Assembly (NCBI GenBank): GCA_032718475.1
Contig: JAUCBJ010003614.1
Coordinates: 1 to 38,589, forward strand
DNA length: 38,589 nucleotides
From: Nemertoderma westbladi
Taxonomy: Eukaryota > Animalia > Xenacoelomorpha
Reading direction: 5' to 3'
Made by a program: the position numbers and the translations under genes. This document shows, piece after piece, positions 11,468-22,900 of this stretch. Positions within the stretch are counted from its first letter, which is position 1, and the number at the start of each line of letters is the position of its first letter. Under the pieces are notes generated by a model that had not been told where the DNA came from, did no database searches, and worked only from the letters and a program-made list of their open reading frames with translations.

Positions 11468-14400
11468 CAAATTTTCAACTTGGCAGCTTTAAATTCGACA
11501 AAGTTATAAGCATGTCAATATCATAACGACGACAACGATTTCACTTTCAGACATTTGGCCCTCTAGCGGCAGACTGGAGAACTGCAGATCGATTCGCCTC
11601 CTTTGAAAGTCACAGCTAATGGTCTAATACATATCTGCCAAGTTTCAGCTTAAACGGATTAAAAGCAAAGAAATGGGAGGGCATTTAATGTTTAGACATG
11701 TGGCCCTCTAGCGCGAGACCATTGCACTGATGGTGTCTGAAAGTCTCTCAAAAATCTCAACTTTAGCTCATATTGATACCTACAAATTTTCAACTTGGCA
11801 GCTTTAAATCCGACAAAGTTATTAGCATGTCAAAATCGTAACGACGACAATGATTTCACTTTCAGACCTTTGGCCCTCTAGCGGCAGACTGGAGAACTGC
11901 AGATGGATTCGCCTCCTTTGAAAGTCACAGCTAATGGTCTAATACATATCTGCCAAGTTTCAGCTTAAACGGATTAAAAGCAAAGAAATGGGAGGGCATT
12001 TAATGTTTAGACATGTGGCCCTCTAGCGGGAGACCATTGCACTGATGGTGTCTGAAAGTCTCTCAAAAATCTCAACTTTAGCTCATATTGATACATACAA
12101 ATTTTCAACTTGGCAGCTTTAAATCCGAAAAAGTTATTAGCATGTCAAAATCGTAACGACGACAACGATTTCACTTTCAGACCTTTGGCCCTCTAGCGGC
12201 AGACTGGAGAACTGCAGATGGATTCGCCTCCTTTGAAAGTCACAGCTAATGGTCTAATACATATCTGCCAAGTTTCAGCTTAAACGGATTAAAAGCAAAG
12301 AAATGGGAGGGCATTTAATGTTTAGACATGTGGCCCTCTAGCGGGAGACCATTGCACTGATGGTGTCTGAAAGTCTCTCAAAAATCTCAACTTTAGCTCA
12401 TATTGATACCTACAAATTTTCAACTTGGCAGCTTTAAATCCGACAAAGTTATTAGCATGTCAAAATCGTAACGACGACAACGATTTCACTTTCAGACCTT
12501 TGGCCCTCTAGCGGCAGACTGGAGAACTGCAGATGGATTCGCCTCCTTTGAAAGTCACAGCTAATGGTCTAATACATATCTGCCAAGTTTCAGCTTAAAC
12601 GGATTAAAAGCAAAGAAATGGGAGGGCATTTAATGTTTAGACATGTGGCCCTCTAGCGGGAGACCATTGCACTGATGGTGTCTGAAAGTCTCTCAAAAAT
12701 CTCAACTTTAGCTCATATTGATACCTACAAATTTTCAACTTGGCAGCTTTAAATCCGACAAAGTTATTAGCATGTCAAAATCGTAACGACGACAACGATT
12801 TCACTTTCAGACCTTTGGCACTCTAGCGGCAGACTGGAGAACTGCAGATGGATTCGCCTCCTTTGAAAGTCACAGCTAATGGTCTAATACATATCTGCCA
12901 AGTTTCACCTTAAACGGATTAAAAGCAAAGAAATGGGAGGGCATTTAATGTTTAGACATGTGGCCCTCTAGCGGGAGACCATTGCACTGATGGTGTCTGA
13001 AAGTCTCTCAAAAATCTCAACTTTAGCTCATATTGATACCTACAAATTTTCAACTTGGCAGCTTTAAATCCGACAAAGTTATTAGCATGTCAAAATCGTA
13101 ACGACGACAACGATTTCACTTTCAGACCTTTGGCCCTCTAGCGGCAGACTGGAGAACTGCAGATGGATTCGCCTCCTTTGAAAGTCACAGCTAATGGTCT
13201 AATACATATCTGCCAAGTTTCAGCTTAAACGGATTAAAAGCAAAGAAATGGGAGGGCATTTAATGTTTAGACATGTGGCCCTCTAGCGGGAGACCATTGC
13301 ACTGATGGTGTCTGAAAGTCTCTCAAAAATCTCAACTTTAGCTCATATTGATACATACAAATTTTCAACTTGGCAGCTTTAAATCCGACAAAGTTATTAG
13401 CATGTCAAAATCGTAACGACGACAATGATTTCACTTTCAGACCTTTGGCCCTCTAGCGGCAGACTGGAGAACTGCAGATGGATTCGCCTCCTTTGAAAGT
13501 CACAGCTAATGGTCTAATACATATCTGCCAAGTTTCAGCTTAAACGGATTAAAAGCAAAGAAATGGGAGGGCATTTAATGTTTAGACATGTGGCCCTCTA
13601 GCGGGAGACCATTGCACTGATGGTGTCTGAAAGTCTCTCAAAAATCTCAACTTTAGCTCATATTGATACCTACAAATTTTCAACTTGGCAGCTTTAAATC
13701 CGACAAAGTTATTAGCATGTCAAAATCGTAACGACGACAACGATTTCACTTTCAGACCTTTGGCCCTCTAGCGGCAGACTGGAGAACTGCAGATGGATTC
13801 GCCTCCTTTGAAAGTCACAGCTAATGGTCTAATACATATCTGCCAAGTTTCAGCTTAAACGGATTAAAAGCAAAGAAATGGGAGGGCATTTAATGTTTAG
13901 ACATGTGGCCCTCTAGCGGGAGACCATTGCACTGATGGTGTCTGAAAGTCTCTCAAAAATCTCAACTTTAGCTCATATTGATACCTACAAATTTTCAACT
14001 TGGCAGCTTTAAATCCGACAAAGTTATTAGCATGTCAAAATCGTAACGACGACAACGATTTCACTTTCAGACCTTTGGCCCTCTAGCGGCAGACTGGAGA
14101 ACTGCAGATGGATTCGCCTCCTTTGAAAGTCACAGCTAATGGTCTAATACATGTCTGCCAAGTTTCACCTTAAACGGATTAAAAGCAAAGAAATGGGAGG
14201 GAATTTAATGTTTAGACATGTGGCCCTCTAGCGGGAGACCATTGCACTGATGGTGTCTGAAAGTCTCTCAAAAATCTCAACTTTAGCTCATATTGATACC
14301 TACAAATTTTCAACTTGGCAGCTTTAAATCCGACAAAGTTATTAGCATGTCAAAATCGTAACGACGACAACGATTTCACTTTCAGACCTTTGGCCCTCTA

Positions 14401-14675
14401 GCGGCAGACTGGAGAACTGCAGATGGATTCGCCTCCTTTGAAAGTCACAGCTAATGGTCTAATACATATCTGCCAAGTTTCACCTTAAACGGATTAAAAG
14501 CAAAGAAATGGGAGGGCATTTAATGTTTAGACATGTGGCCCTCTAGCGGGAGACCATTGCACTGATGGTGTCTGAAAGTCTCTCAAAAATCTCAACTTTA
14601 GCTCATATTGATACCTACAAATTTTCAACTTGGCAGCTTTAAATCCGACAAAGTTATTAGCATGTCAAAATCGTA

Positions 14676-14680
<5 letters not shown>
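11468..14680. repeat. Highly homogeneous satellite, 10 full 315-bp units plus a partial unit
   Basis: attttcaacttggcagctttaaat at 11471, 11786, 12101 ... 14621. Confidence 0.98.
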
Positions 14681-14713
<33 letters not shown>

Positions 14714-14760
14714 AACGACGACGACGACGATGACGACAACGACGACGACGACGACGACAA
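14676..14760. repeat. (ACG)n/(GTC)n microsatellite
   Basis: Direct reading. It is an expanded form of the acgacgacaacga present in each 315-bp unit. Confidence 0.95.
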
Positions 14761-14881
14761 CTATTTGCATAAATTGACCCACCCCCTAACAGTGTCAATT
14801 CGCTAAGGCTCCGCCAACTTCGTGGCTCGCCCCACATACAGGACTTACTTAGAACTATCTATTCTATTAGTGCTTTATTCA

Positions 14882-15072
14882 GGTGGCGGGAATTTCGAAT
14901 TGAATTCAATTACTCCATTATACTTTATTAATATAATAGGTCTGACGTAGCCCGGTAGGGCGAAAACGTTCACCAAATTCAGCGTTTCATTATAATATTC
15001 AGCCAGTGTAGACCCCTAATACTTACCTATATGCTATACTTTGCTTATGGTAATTTATATTTATTATTATTT
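14882..15072 (+). repeat. PLE 3' pLTR, sense copy
   Basis: Reverse complement of 6778-6970; abuts the right direct repeat. Confidence 0.9.
14939..14974 (+). ncRNA. Minimal type I hammerhead ribozyme (PLE-type)
   Basis: ggtCTGACGTAgcccggtagggcGAAAacgTTCacc: stem I ggt/acc, stem II gccc/gggc, palindromic AACGTT stem III, predicted cleavage after C14971. Confidence 0.7.
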
Positions 15073-15625
15073 ATCTATACAAGTAGAGCGATGCACAGAG
15101 GACATAAACAAGTTTTCAATTTTTTGTGTGAACAAGAGTGCTATGCCTTTTCGCCTGAAATTAAGAGAATTTGAAGCGTGTGTAATGTGTACGCTTCTCT
15201 ACGGATGTGAATATTGGTTTAAAAATGACCTACATAGCTTGTAAAGTGCCTCTTAGGAGGAGTCCTCATACAGACTCCCAACGATATTGTGCTTGGCTGA
15301 GCTAGGTCTACCGCCAATTGAAGTTGGGTATCTACCGCATGGAAAAGATTTCTTACTAAAATTATACTTATTCTCTTTTATGGCTAGCATTTACCAAATT
15401 GCGACTTATTTCTCATAACCTCCGTATCGAAACAGGCTGGTTGAGTAGAATACCCTGAGATTCCAAGAGTATGTCATTGTGATAACTTGGTCGTCCAGAG
15501 AGAGCAACATAACATGTATTACTCGATTGCCTGCTCTCTGAACCACTGGGTCTAAATTTAACACCGATTTTAGATTTTAGCGACATGGAAGCATTAGTTT
15601 CAATGCGCTCAAAAAATGACCACAC
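15070..15625 (+). mobile_element. Decayed host LINE, right part (post-RT region)
   Basis: SIQVERCTEDINKF...EACVMCTLLYGCEYW continues ...LKRVLSIH from 6737. Confidence 0.75.
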
Positions 15626-15796
15626 AGTTTTATGACTAAATATACATACGCATACATATTTATATATATATACATACGTAGTCTATACTTTCTATAAATT
15701 TATTTACTAAATTATAGTGCTATGATTATTATGATTTATTAATTAGTCGATCAATTTTATGTTTATTATATATTTTAGATTGCTATTGTTACCTGG

Positions 15797-16171
15797 TCTT
15801 TGTGTCCCAATCTATTTGGTCTATATCTAATTATTATCCACTTCACAGATTCGCGGGGCACTCATAGATTGATGTAAATGAATCATCTAAACCACATACA
15901 AAAATCATGGAGCTCTTCCACTGAATTAAATGGCCGATAAGCCAAATCCTTGATATCTCAGTCAAAGGAAATAATTCAAACAACATTACAGAAATCGATT
16001 TCACCGGCTCAATTTGTTAGTAGTAGTATAGTTTATTGTCCTTAAATAATATATAATAATTAGATATAGACCAAATAGATTGGGACACAAAGAGCTCCAT
16101 GATTTTTGTATGTGGTTTAGATGATTAATTTACATCAATCTATGAGTGCCCCGCGAATCTGTGAAGTGGAT
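15797..16171. repeat. Permuted inverted duplication (X Y ... X' Y')
   Basis: 15797-15837 is inverted at 16053-16093, and 15836-15917 is inverted at 16090-16171. Confidence 0.85.
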
Positions 16172-16189
16172 CTATTAACTAAAGGATGT

Positions 16190-17242
16190 ATAGTGGCTTG
16201 TTCCGCGGATGAGTTGGGGCAATGGTGTTAATAATGCCTCACTACAATACTGAAACTCTCCCATTTTCCGGAATGATACACGTTGCCCAAGATCCCCCAT
16301 TAAAGCTTACATATGCATGAGATTGACAATCCTGTTAGAGCTTGGACCTTGGATCTTGGAATCAACATGAGCCATACTGGCAATTTCAAGATCTACATTG
16401 AAAGCACAATAATGTCGAGACGCTATGCAACTATGTGGCTGGATTCTATGTGTTTTCACAGTACACGACCCGCTAACAATGAAAACACTGTTCACATCTT
16501 TAGTATGATCTAAACTCGAGTACTGTTGTCAGCTGTGGCATCCGAACAATAACATACACGAGACTCAAAGAATAGAAGAAGTACAACGATCGTTCACGAG
16601 GAGAATCCAAGGAATGAACGAGCTTAACTACTGGGAACGCCTTAAGCAATTAAAGTTAAACTCGCTGGAATGGCGAAGGGAACGCTACATCGTCATTTAC
16701 ATATGGAAGATATTGGAAAACCTCGTTCCCAATTTATCAAACAAACCAATCACCCTGAAATGTAGTTTGCGTCGGGGTAGAAACTGCCAGATTCCAACCT
16801 TACTACGAAATTGCAGATCAAACGTCCACAATCTGCACGAGAATAGCTTGGTGGTGACTGGACCGCAACTATTTAACTCCTTGCCAAAGGAAATACGAGA
16901 CCTGACTGGCTGCAGTCTGGAAATATTAAACTAGAATTAGATACATATCTGAGCGACATTCCAGACCAACCGGGCTGCCGGGGTTACACAGCCTGCAGGA
17001 GCGTCCAGTCGAACTCTCTTTTAAGATTGAATTGTAATTAAAACAATTTCAATCAACCTTGTTTTTTATCCGATATTTCTTTTTAAACAGAATTACAATC
17101 AATCAAATTAACATTTTTTAAGTATTATATGTATTTTATTGTAATGTATATTTTATTTGGTGTGCTCGTGGAGTTCTCCGTGGTAGAGCTGATTTTCACT
17201 TCTAATGAATACCTAAAACCATTTCAATAAACAATAAACAAT
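16190..17242 (+). mobile_element. Decayed CR1/L2-group LINE 3' fragment
   Basis: DLGINMS, LEYCCQLWHP, IEEVQRSFTRRI, YWERLKQLKLNSLEWRR, GPQLFNSLP, IPDQP. Possible (CAATAAA)n tail at 17225-17242. Confidence 0.8.
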
Positions 17243-17551
17243 ACGCTTGTACGCTGATTTATTCGTAATGCATATTGGTTAGAGGGCCATGATTATATAC
17301 ATGTCGGGATCAGACGTGTACCACCGCGTGCGTGGAAGGTAGTACACTATAGTTATCAATACTGGATATTTCACCTTTCAACTTTCAAGATAGATGGAGA
17401 ACTAGTGCATTTTGAAAGTTGATTATTTATGTGTGGACATCTACTTAGGCTCAGTGTGTTCTATTTTTAGTTGAAAGTTTAATGTTGAAAGTTTTAAGCT
17501 CGTGAGTGACACGGGCCTAGTGTATTGGAAACATAATTCATCTTTACATAC

Positions 17552-17674
17552 CATGACAGGAAACACCATCGCCAACATAGCCAGAATTACATCCACATGT
17601 GAAACTACCATCATTGTTTGTGCAGCTGGCACTACTGTGGCAATTATCAGTATTGGTAGAACATTCATCAATAT
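17552..17674 (-). CDS. Calcium-binding EGF exon (phase 1-1, 123 bp)
   Basis: cttcag acceptor and gtatgt donor. Encodes [41 protein letters not shown]. Confidence 0.93.
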
Positions 17675-17833
17675 CTGAAGACCAAATTATGGGAATTTAT
17701 TAATTTTTCAATTCACAAAAATTTTAAATTAAAAAACGTCAAAGCCATATGGCATGGTTATGGTTAACCGGTTTAAGTTAATAAGATAGTGTAAAAGATG
17801 TATGTATTTGAAATGTATTAGAAATTTGCTTAC

Positions 17834-17956
17834 CATTGCAGGAAACACCATTGCCAGAATAGCCTGAATTGCATACACATGTGAAACTACCATCATTGTT
17901 TGTGCAGCTAGCATTACTGTGGCAATTATCAGTATTGGTAGAACATTCATCAATAT
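17834..17956 (-). CDS. Calcium-binding EGF exon (phase 1-1, 123 bp), tandem paralog
   Basis: cttcag acceptor and gtaagc donor. Encodes [41 protein letters not shown]. Confidence 0.93.
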
Positions 17957-18004
17957 CTGAAGATCAATATATGGGAATTTATTAATTTTTCAATTCACAA
18001 AAAT

Positions 18005-18644
18005 TGTGACGGTATCCACTGGAGTTGACAGTGGTGTATACCGACCGGTGTAGGTTGTACTCGTCGTCGCGTCGCTGGGCTGCTGAGCTAAGGTGGATAT
18101 ATATGTTTGGCCAATGGCCGATAAAAACAACAGAGTTAGTTGTCAGTATTGATAATCACAGCAATTGATAATAGCACAGTCTGAATATAATAATATGCAA
18201 TACAAACAGTAACGGTGACGACGGTCAAAAACTATTCCGGTCTCACAACCGTAAGGAAATCAACTAACTAATAATCAGTAATTACAAGGGTTATATCGTT
18301 GACACATATTACTTTAGCCCTACACACTGGGCGGCCTTAATATCCAATGGATGGGCTCTTGTCCTAGCCAATGTGCTTTCCCGACCACTATTGGCCTATC
18401 CTGATTAATTGTCACCTCGCCATTCCCTGTTGGCATTACCCCTTGGTGCTAGCCTTACTAGCTTGTTTCTCCCTCTGAGGTAGTTTGACCTCACCTCTCT
18501 CTGTGGCTTATGGCGTGTATCATCCCCCCCCCGTTTAGTTATGAGTTGAGATTATTATTGGTAATCTCACATCGCCAACTATATTGGTAAAATTCCACTA
18601 GTCCCATTTTCGGTGGGTAATGCACGGAATTGAATATGCTTACA
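18005..18644 (-). repeat. 3' LTR of element B (640 bp)
   Basis: Minus strand TGTAAGCATATTCAATTCCG...CCGTCACA, with termini like the A LTRs. Preceded by a G-rich PPT (18645-18654). Similarity to the duplicated intron stops at 18004. Confidence 0.88.
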
Positions 18645-19334
18645 CTCCCCCCCCATGCTATCTTCCCGGTGAGAAGATAGCATCAACCTTAAGTGCGCTT
18701 CAATTCCGCTGGAATCCAATCTAATATTGGATGTGGGGTGGAATTTTCTTCTCGGGGTCGGCTTTCCAGACCGGCCCCCATGGGTCTGTTATCACTACCC
18801 ATCCTTGGTACATCTGCGAGCTATGTTGTACCAAGGTATCTGGCGTCTCTGTTTAAGATCATTGCTCTCACTCTTCACACAATTTTCCTCAAATTTTCCT
18901 CACAGACTTTGTTGTCCCTTCCTCTCTCACCAGTCCCTTTGGGACTCATCCTCTTCCATGCTCACCCCCCACACTTGAATCTCGCACTTCCTCAACTCTA
19001 ACACCTCCTCCCCATACTTCCCTCATTTCCCCACACTCAACCCACACTCAACCCACATCTATTGTTATTCTCCACACTCTTATCGACTCCCACGCATGTG
19101 TGCACCATGTCAGTGAGATCCGTCTAATGTCTCATCCTCCTAGTTTAGTCAATTGGTCCCCGATCCCAGTAGCTAGTTGGAAAAGGTTATATATGACTAT
19201 AGTACTTACATTGATTATATTTGCTATTAATTAATTATTTTACGTATGTACATACAAATTGTAAATACATTTAATTAATTGCAGTTAGGAGTTTGTACTG
19301 TTCCGTTCATGTGGTGCCTTCCAGGCACACCCAT

Positions 19335-19902
19335 TGTTAGCGTATTCAATTCCGCTAACCAGGCCCACACAAAGTTGGTTTTAAGCAATATTGGGAGCAC
19401 GAGGTTGGTTACCAATCAACCTCGTGTCATCCCAATAAGCGGGGACAACAGGCCCCAAGGGAACACACACAGCGGGGTCAGAGGTTACACCTCCGGGAGG
19501 GAGAGAGAGACAGCAGCAGGGGGGAAGCACTCCCAGGGAGATGGGAGGGTGAGAAGTGAGTTATTAGCCAATGGGGGGAAGGCATCGGCTGAGTAATGTA
19601 ATGCGGCCAACCGATGCAATATATTACCGGTATCTGTGTTATTTGCTCACTTTAGCTAGTCAGTGCAGTCAGGGCGGAACGGGAACTTCTATCACCGTCC
19701 ACTACCGCCACCACATGCAATACTTATTAGCGGTATCTGTTAATCCTATACTCAATACTGTGCTCAGTTTACTTATTCAATATATCTCATATACATCAAT
19801 CAAAGAACTTCAGAACTCTTAACGAACCTTTTCATATACACGGCGGGGACGCGTAGATCGAAAACCCAAACGGATAAATCGGGATCTGTAGATCCCGTCA
19901 CA
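19335..19902 (+). repeat. 5' LTR of element A (568 bp)
   Basis: TGTTAG...GTCACA. About 10 substitutions and 2 indels versus the 3' LTR, counted by eye. Confidence 0.97.
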
Positions 19903-19948
19903 GTGATAGAAGCCAAACTGCCAGAACTGCCAGCTAGTTAGTAAAGCA

Positions 19949-22900
19949 ATGAGTCGAGAAGGAGAGACGACACCGCCGCGGACCCCGGATGGCGACCTAA
20001 CGATCCGCGAGGCTGCGACGCGACGGTACAGACCTACGACGCCGGACCCATCGATAACGGGCGATCCGGCAACCAAAGATGAGGGGGGCCATCTACAACC
20101 AAGAGACGAGTCGGGAGAGGAGAGAGATGAGTCGACACACAGCGGCGGTCGACGTGCCGATGTCGCCGGCCAGCCACAGGCCGAGGGCGACGGACGGCCC
20201 ACCGGAACGGCGACGGTGGGGCCACCGGTACGACGCCGGACCCGGAGGGATGAAGGAGATGTCGGCGATGAGGACGTCGGGGTCAGCGACTGGCTCCGAC
20301 GAGCCTACGCCACGACCCGGAAGCAGTTGAGAGAGGCCAAAGGAGGGGCGAAGATAGACGAGGTGAAGTTGATGAAACGACTAGGTGAGTCGAACAGACA
20401 TTTTGATTACCTAATGCGTTTTGGGCAGAGAGAACTAGCCGATGAGAGAGCGAGAGGGGTTGCCAGCGAACTGTTCGAACTATGGGAATGTAGGGGTATG
20501 GAACCTAGCGTAGTGTACGTAGGGCCATACTTAGTCGATGCCTGGGGAGTAAAATTGGTGGGTTGGAGGAGACCGCAGGAGAGCGAATCCGAGGTTAACC
20601 CCGAGGATTCGGTCTCGTTGGTAGGGGAAAATTCCGGGAGGCGGGGGAAAGTTAGTGGGACGGGAAGGCGACGGGAGTCCGTCGCGACCGATAAGTCCGC
20701 TACATCCTCCGCAAAAGAAAGACAGGTGCGGGAAATAGATCTGGCGTGCCAGCTCGATCTGGCGGCGCTAGACCAGAGGGAACTAGAGAGACAGTTAGAG
20801 GAAGGGAGTGCGTTATTAGAGAAGGAGAAAGAACTGGTTAGAGTGAACAGAGAGAGGGCCGAGAAGGCCACGAGAAGCTTTAAGAAGTGCGAGGAAATAG
20901 GGGGGATAGAAAGGAAGGAGCAAGAAGAGCGCGAGGCGAGAGAGCAGAATAGACGTGAAGAGTGTGAGGCGAGAGACCAGAGTGAGCGAAAAGAGCGTGA
21001 GGCGAGAGAGCAGAGCGAGCGAAAAGAGCGCGAGGAGAGACGACTGGAGAGAGTTGCGAGAGAGGTGGAATTAGCCGACCAGAGTGCGCGGGAGGATCTG
21101 GAAAGAGAGGCAAAGGGGAAGCGTGTGCGGGATGATTTGCATGCCCGCCTAAGGGGGCTTATTCAATATCAAGCCAAACAGAAGCGCAGACTGGAACTAG
21201 CGCAGATGGGATTGTCAGAGAGCGAGACTGGCTCGAGTATTTACGAGGAGCCAAGGGCTGTGGAAACGTTTATTGGTGCCCCACTTACCGGGACCGCACG
21301 ACAGACCCAAGACTGGTGTGACCGTACGGGCGGGGGGGGGGGGGGGGGGGGTAATAATACGGTAGATAACGTTAATATTAATAGTACCGTATTGGATAAT
21401 TCTAACCAAACTTTCATTGCAGGAAATATTTTACCTAGTAGTAGTAATTTAAATTTAAATACAAATAATTCAAATAATCCGAATAATCCGAATAGTCCTA
21501 ATTCAAATAATATAAATTTACAAAATATTTCAAATAATATAAATTTACAAAATAATTCAAATAATATAAATACGCAAAATAATTCAAATAATCTTATTTC
21601 GAACGAACAAAATAATTCCGTTTCTAATTTAGGCGTGCAAAATAATTTAATTGATTTGGAGGATTTAATTGATTTAACGGGCGATACTAGTAATGGTGCT
21701 ATTAATATAAACGCGGCGGGCGCAGACGGCCCGACAAACGAGGACCTGGTAGGCCACGCAGTTAATAGGCAGGGAGTGTCCCACAAGCGTCGGCGGATAG
21801 TGCGCGGGGCGAATTAGGTGAACCGCAGCACCCGGCGATGGAGAGTAATAGGGGGATTACGAGTATCCCCAGCGGCGTGCGATCGAGCAGAGAAAAGCAG
21901 GTTGACGTCGCGAGAGGGTGAGCGACAAGGCGTCGAGCCCAATCAGAAGAGGGAAGAAGAACAGTGGAGTTTAACCGGGAGGTCAATGAGAGATCTCACG
22001 ACCGGGGATACTGCACTACAGAGAGAAGAAAGGAAGAGAGTAGAAGAAGTGTCGCCGCGAACGACAGGAGAGCGAGGACGGATAGCGAGCCATCGGTAGT
22101 AGAGGTGGAGATGGAGAGTCAGTGGGGTCGAACTTCGGGAGATTGCCGTTGTCCCGGAGGAACGCGACCTGACGGAGGCGTATTGCGTGGAGAGAGAGGA
22201 CGAGAGCAGTAGAGGGGGTCGAAGAGAAACTTCCCGACGGGATATACCTACCGATCGAGAATACGGTAGCCGCGGGGAGGATTATTCGAGAAGGATAAAC
22301 TTTGATCCCGAGCGATACATACAGACTGCAGGACATACTGTAGGCCTTACTGCACATACCATAGGCCATGCTGGGAGAGATAATGTAGGCGATAGGATAG
22401 CGCGAACAACGGGATTAAACCCGGAAGTCGCGGAGTACATACCGGCAGGTAGGCCAGAAGTGGATAGGCCTATACCAGTACCAGCACAGCAGTATGACTA
22501 CAGCATGCAAGGACATAACATATACCCAGGGGAGGGGAGAATTATTGCAGATAGGTGTATGGGCCCCAATATATTAACATCAACCCCAGTACCAAACATA
22601 CTGGTGGGGGGGGGGGGGGGGGGGGACAGGGTGACATTCCCCCATCACAATATCAACAATATACCCCAATAGGAGTAAGAACATCAAACCCCTTGGATGA
22701 GAATAGATCGTGCGACACAGAAATATGGAGGGGGCCGCTACCCCCAATGATATATCCAAGTCAGAGGAAAGCGGCAGACAGGACGAACGGACCGCACCCA
22801 ATGGGAGAACCTTTACAGCACCCATCGAACCCATTGGAAGCGCAAGCGATGGGGATGGCCACGTTAAGCGATGCATTAAAGACCAGGATCGAGTTACCAC

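Larger units (their letters stand above)
10985..14840 (-). mobile_element. Probable non-autonomous Helentron/HINE (DINE-1-like) element with internal tandem array
   Basis: Imperfect subterminal inverted repeats (cacgaagtggggccttcgcg at 10989 vs cgctaaggctccgccaacttcgtg at 14801-14824), a (GTC)n microsatellite near one end, a central tandem core and no ORF. Exact ends uncertain. Confidence 0.5.
6738..15069 (+). mobile_element. 5'-truncated Penelope-like element (PLE) with inverted pLTR, enclosing two tandem arrays
   Basis: Flanked by direct repeat tttatctataca (6726-6737, 15070-15081), across which the host LINE RT frame resumes. Has a GIY-YIG ORF and ~190-bp inverted repeats with hammerhead motifs. 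Confidence 0.8.

Noticed and set aside
7725-14680. CRISPR-like arrays
   Set aside because: Head-to-tail satellites with no unique spacers, no cas genes, and a eukaryotic context.
14625-14837. Protamine-like Arg-rich ORF
   Set aside because: It is a translation of the (GTC)n microsatellite.
17441-17953. Two hydrophobic 74-76 aa ORFs ([10 protein letters not shown]...)
   Set aside because: Wrong-frame readings of the spliced EGF exons.
19279-19822. Short ORFs in the LTRs (also 31280-31710)
   Set aside because: They recur only because the LTR is duplicated, indels break them, and they have no motifs.
21815-21817. Stop-codon readthrough in gag
   Set aside because: Better explained by a frameshift near 21780, since another frame continues through this position.
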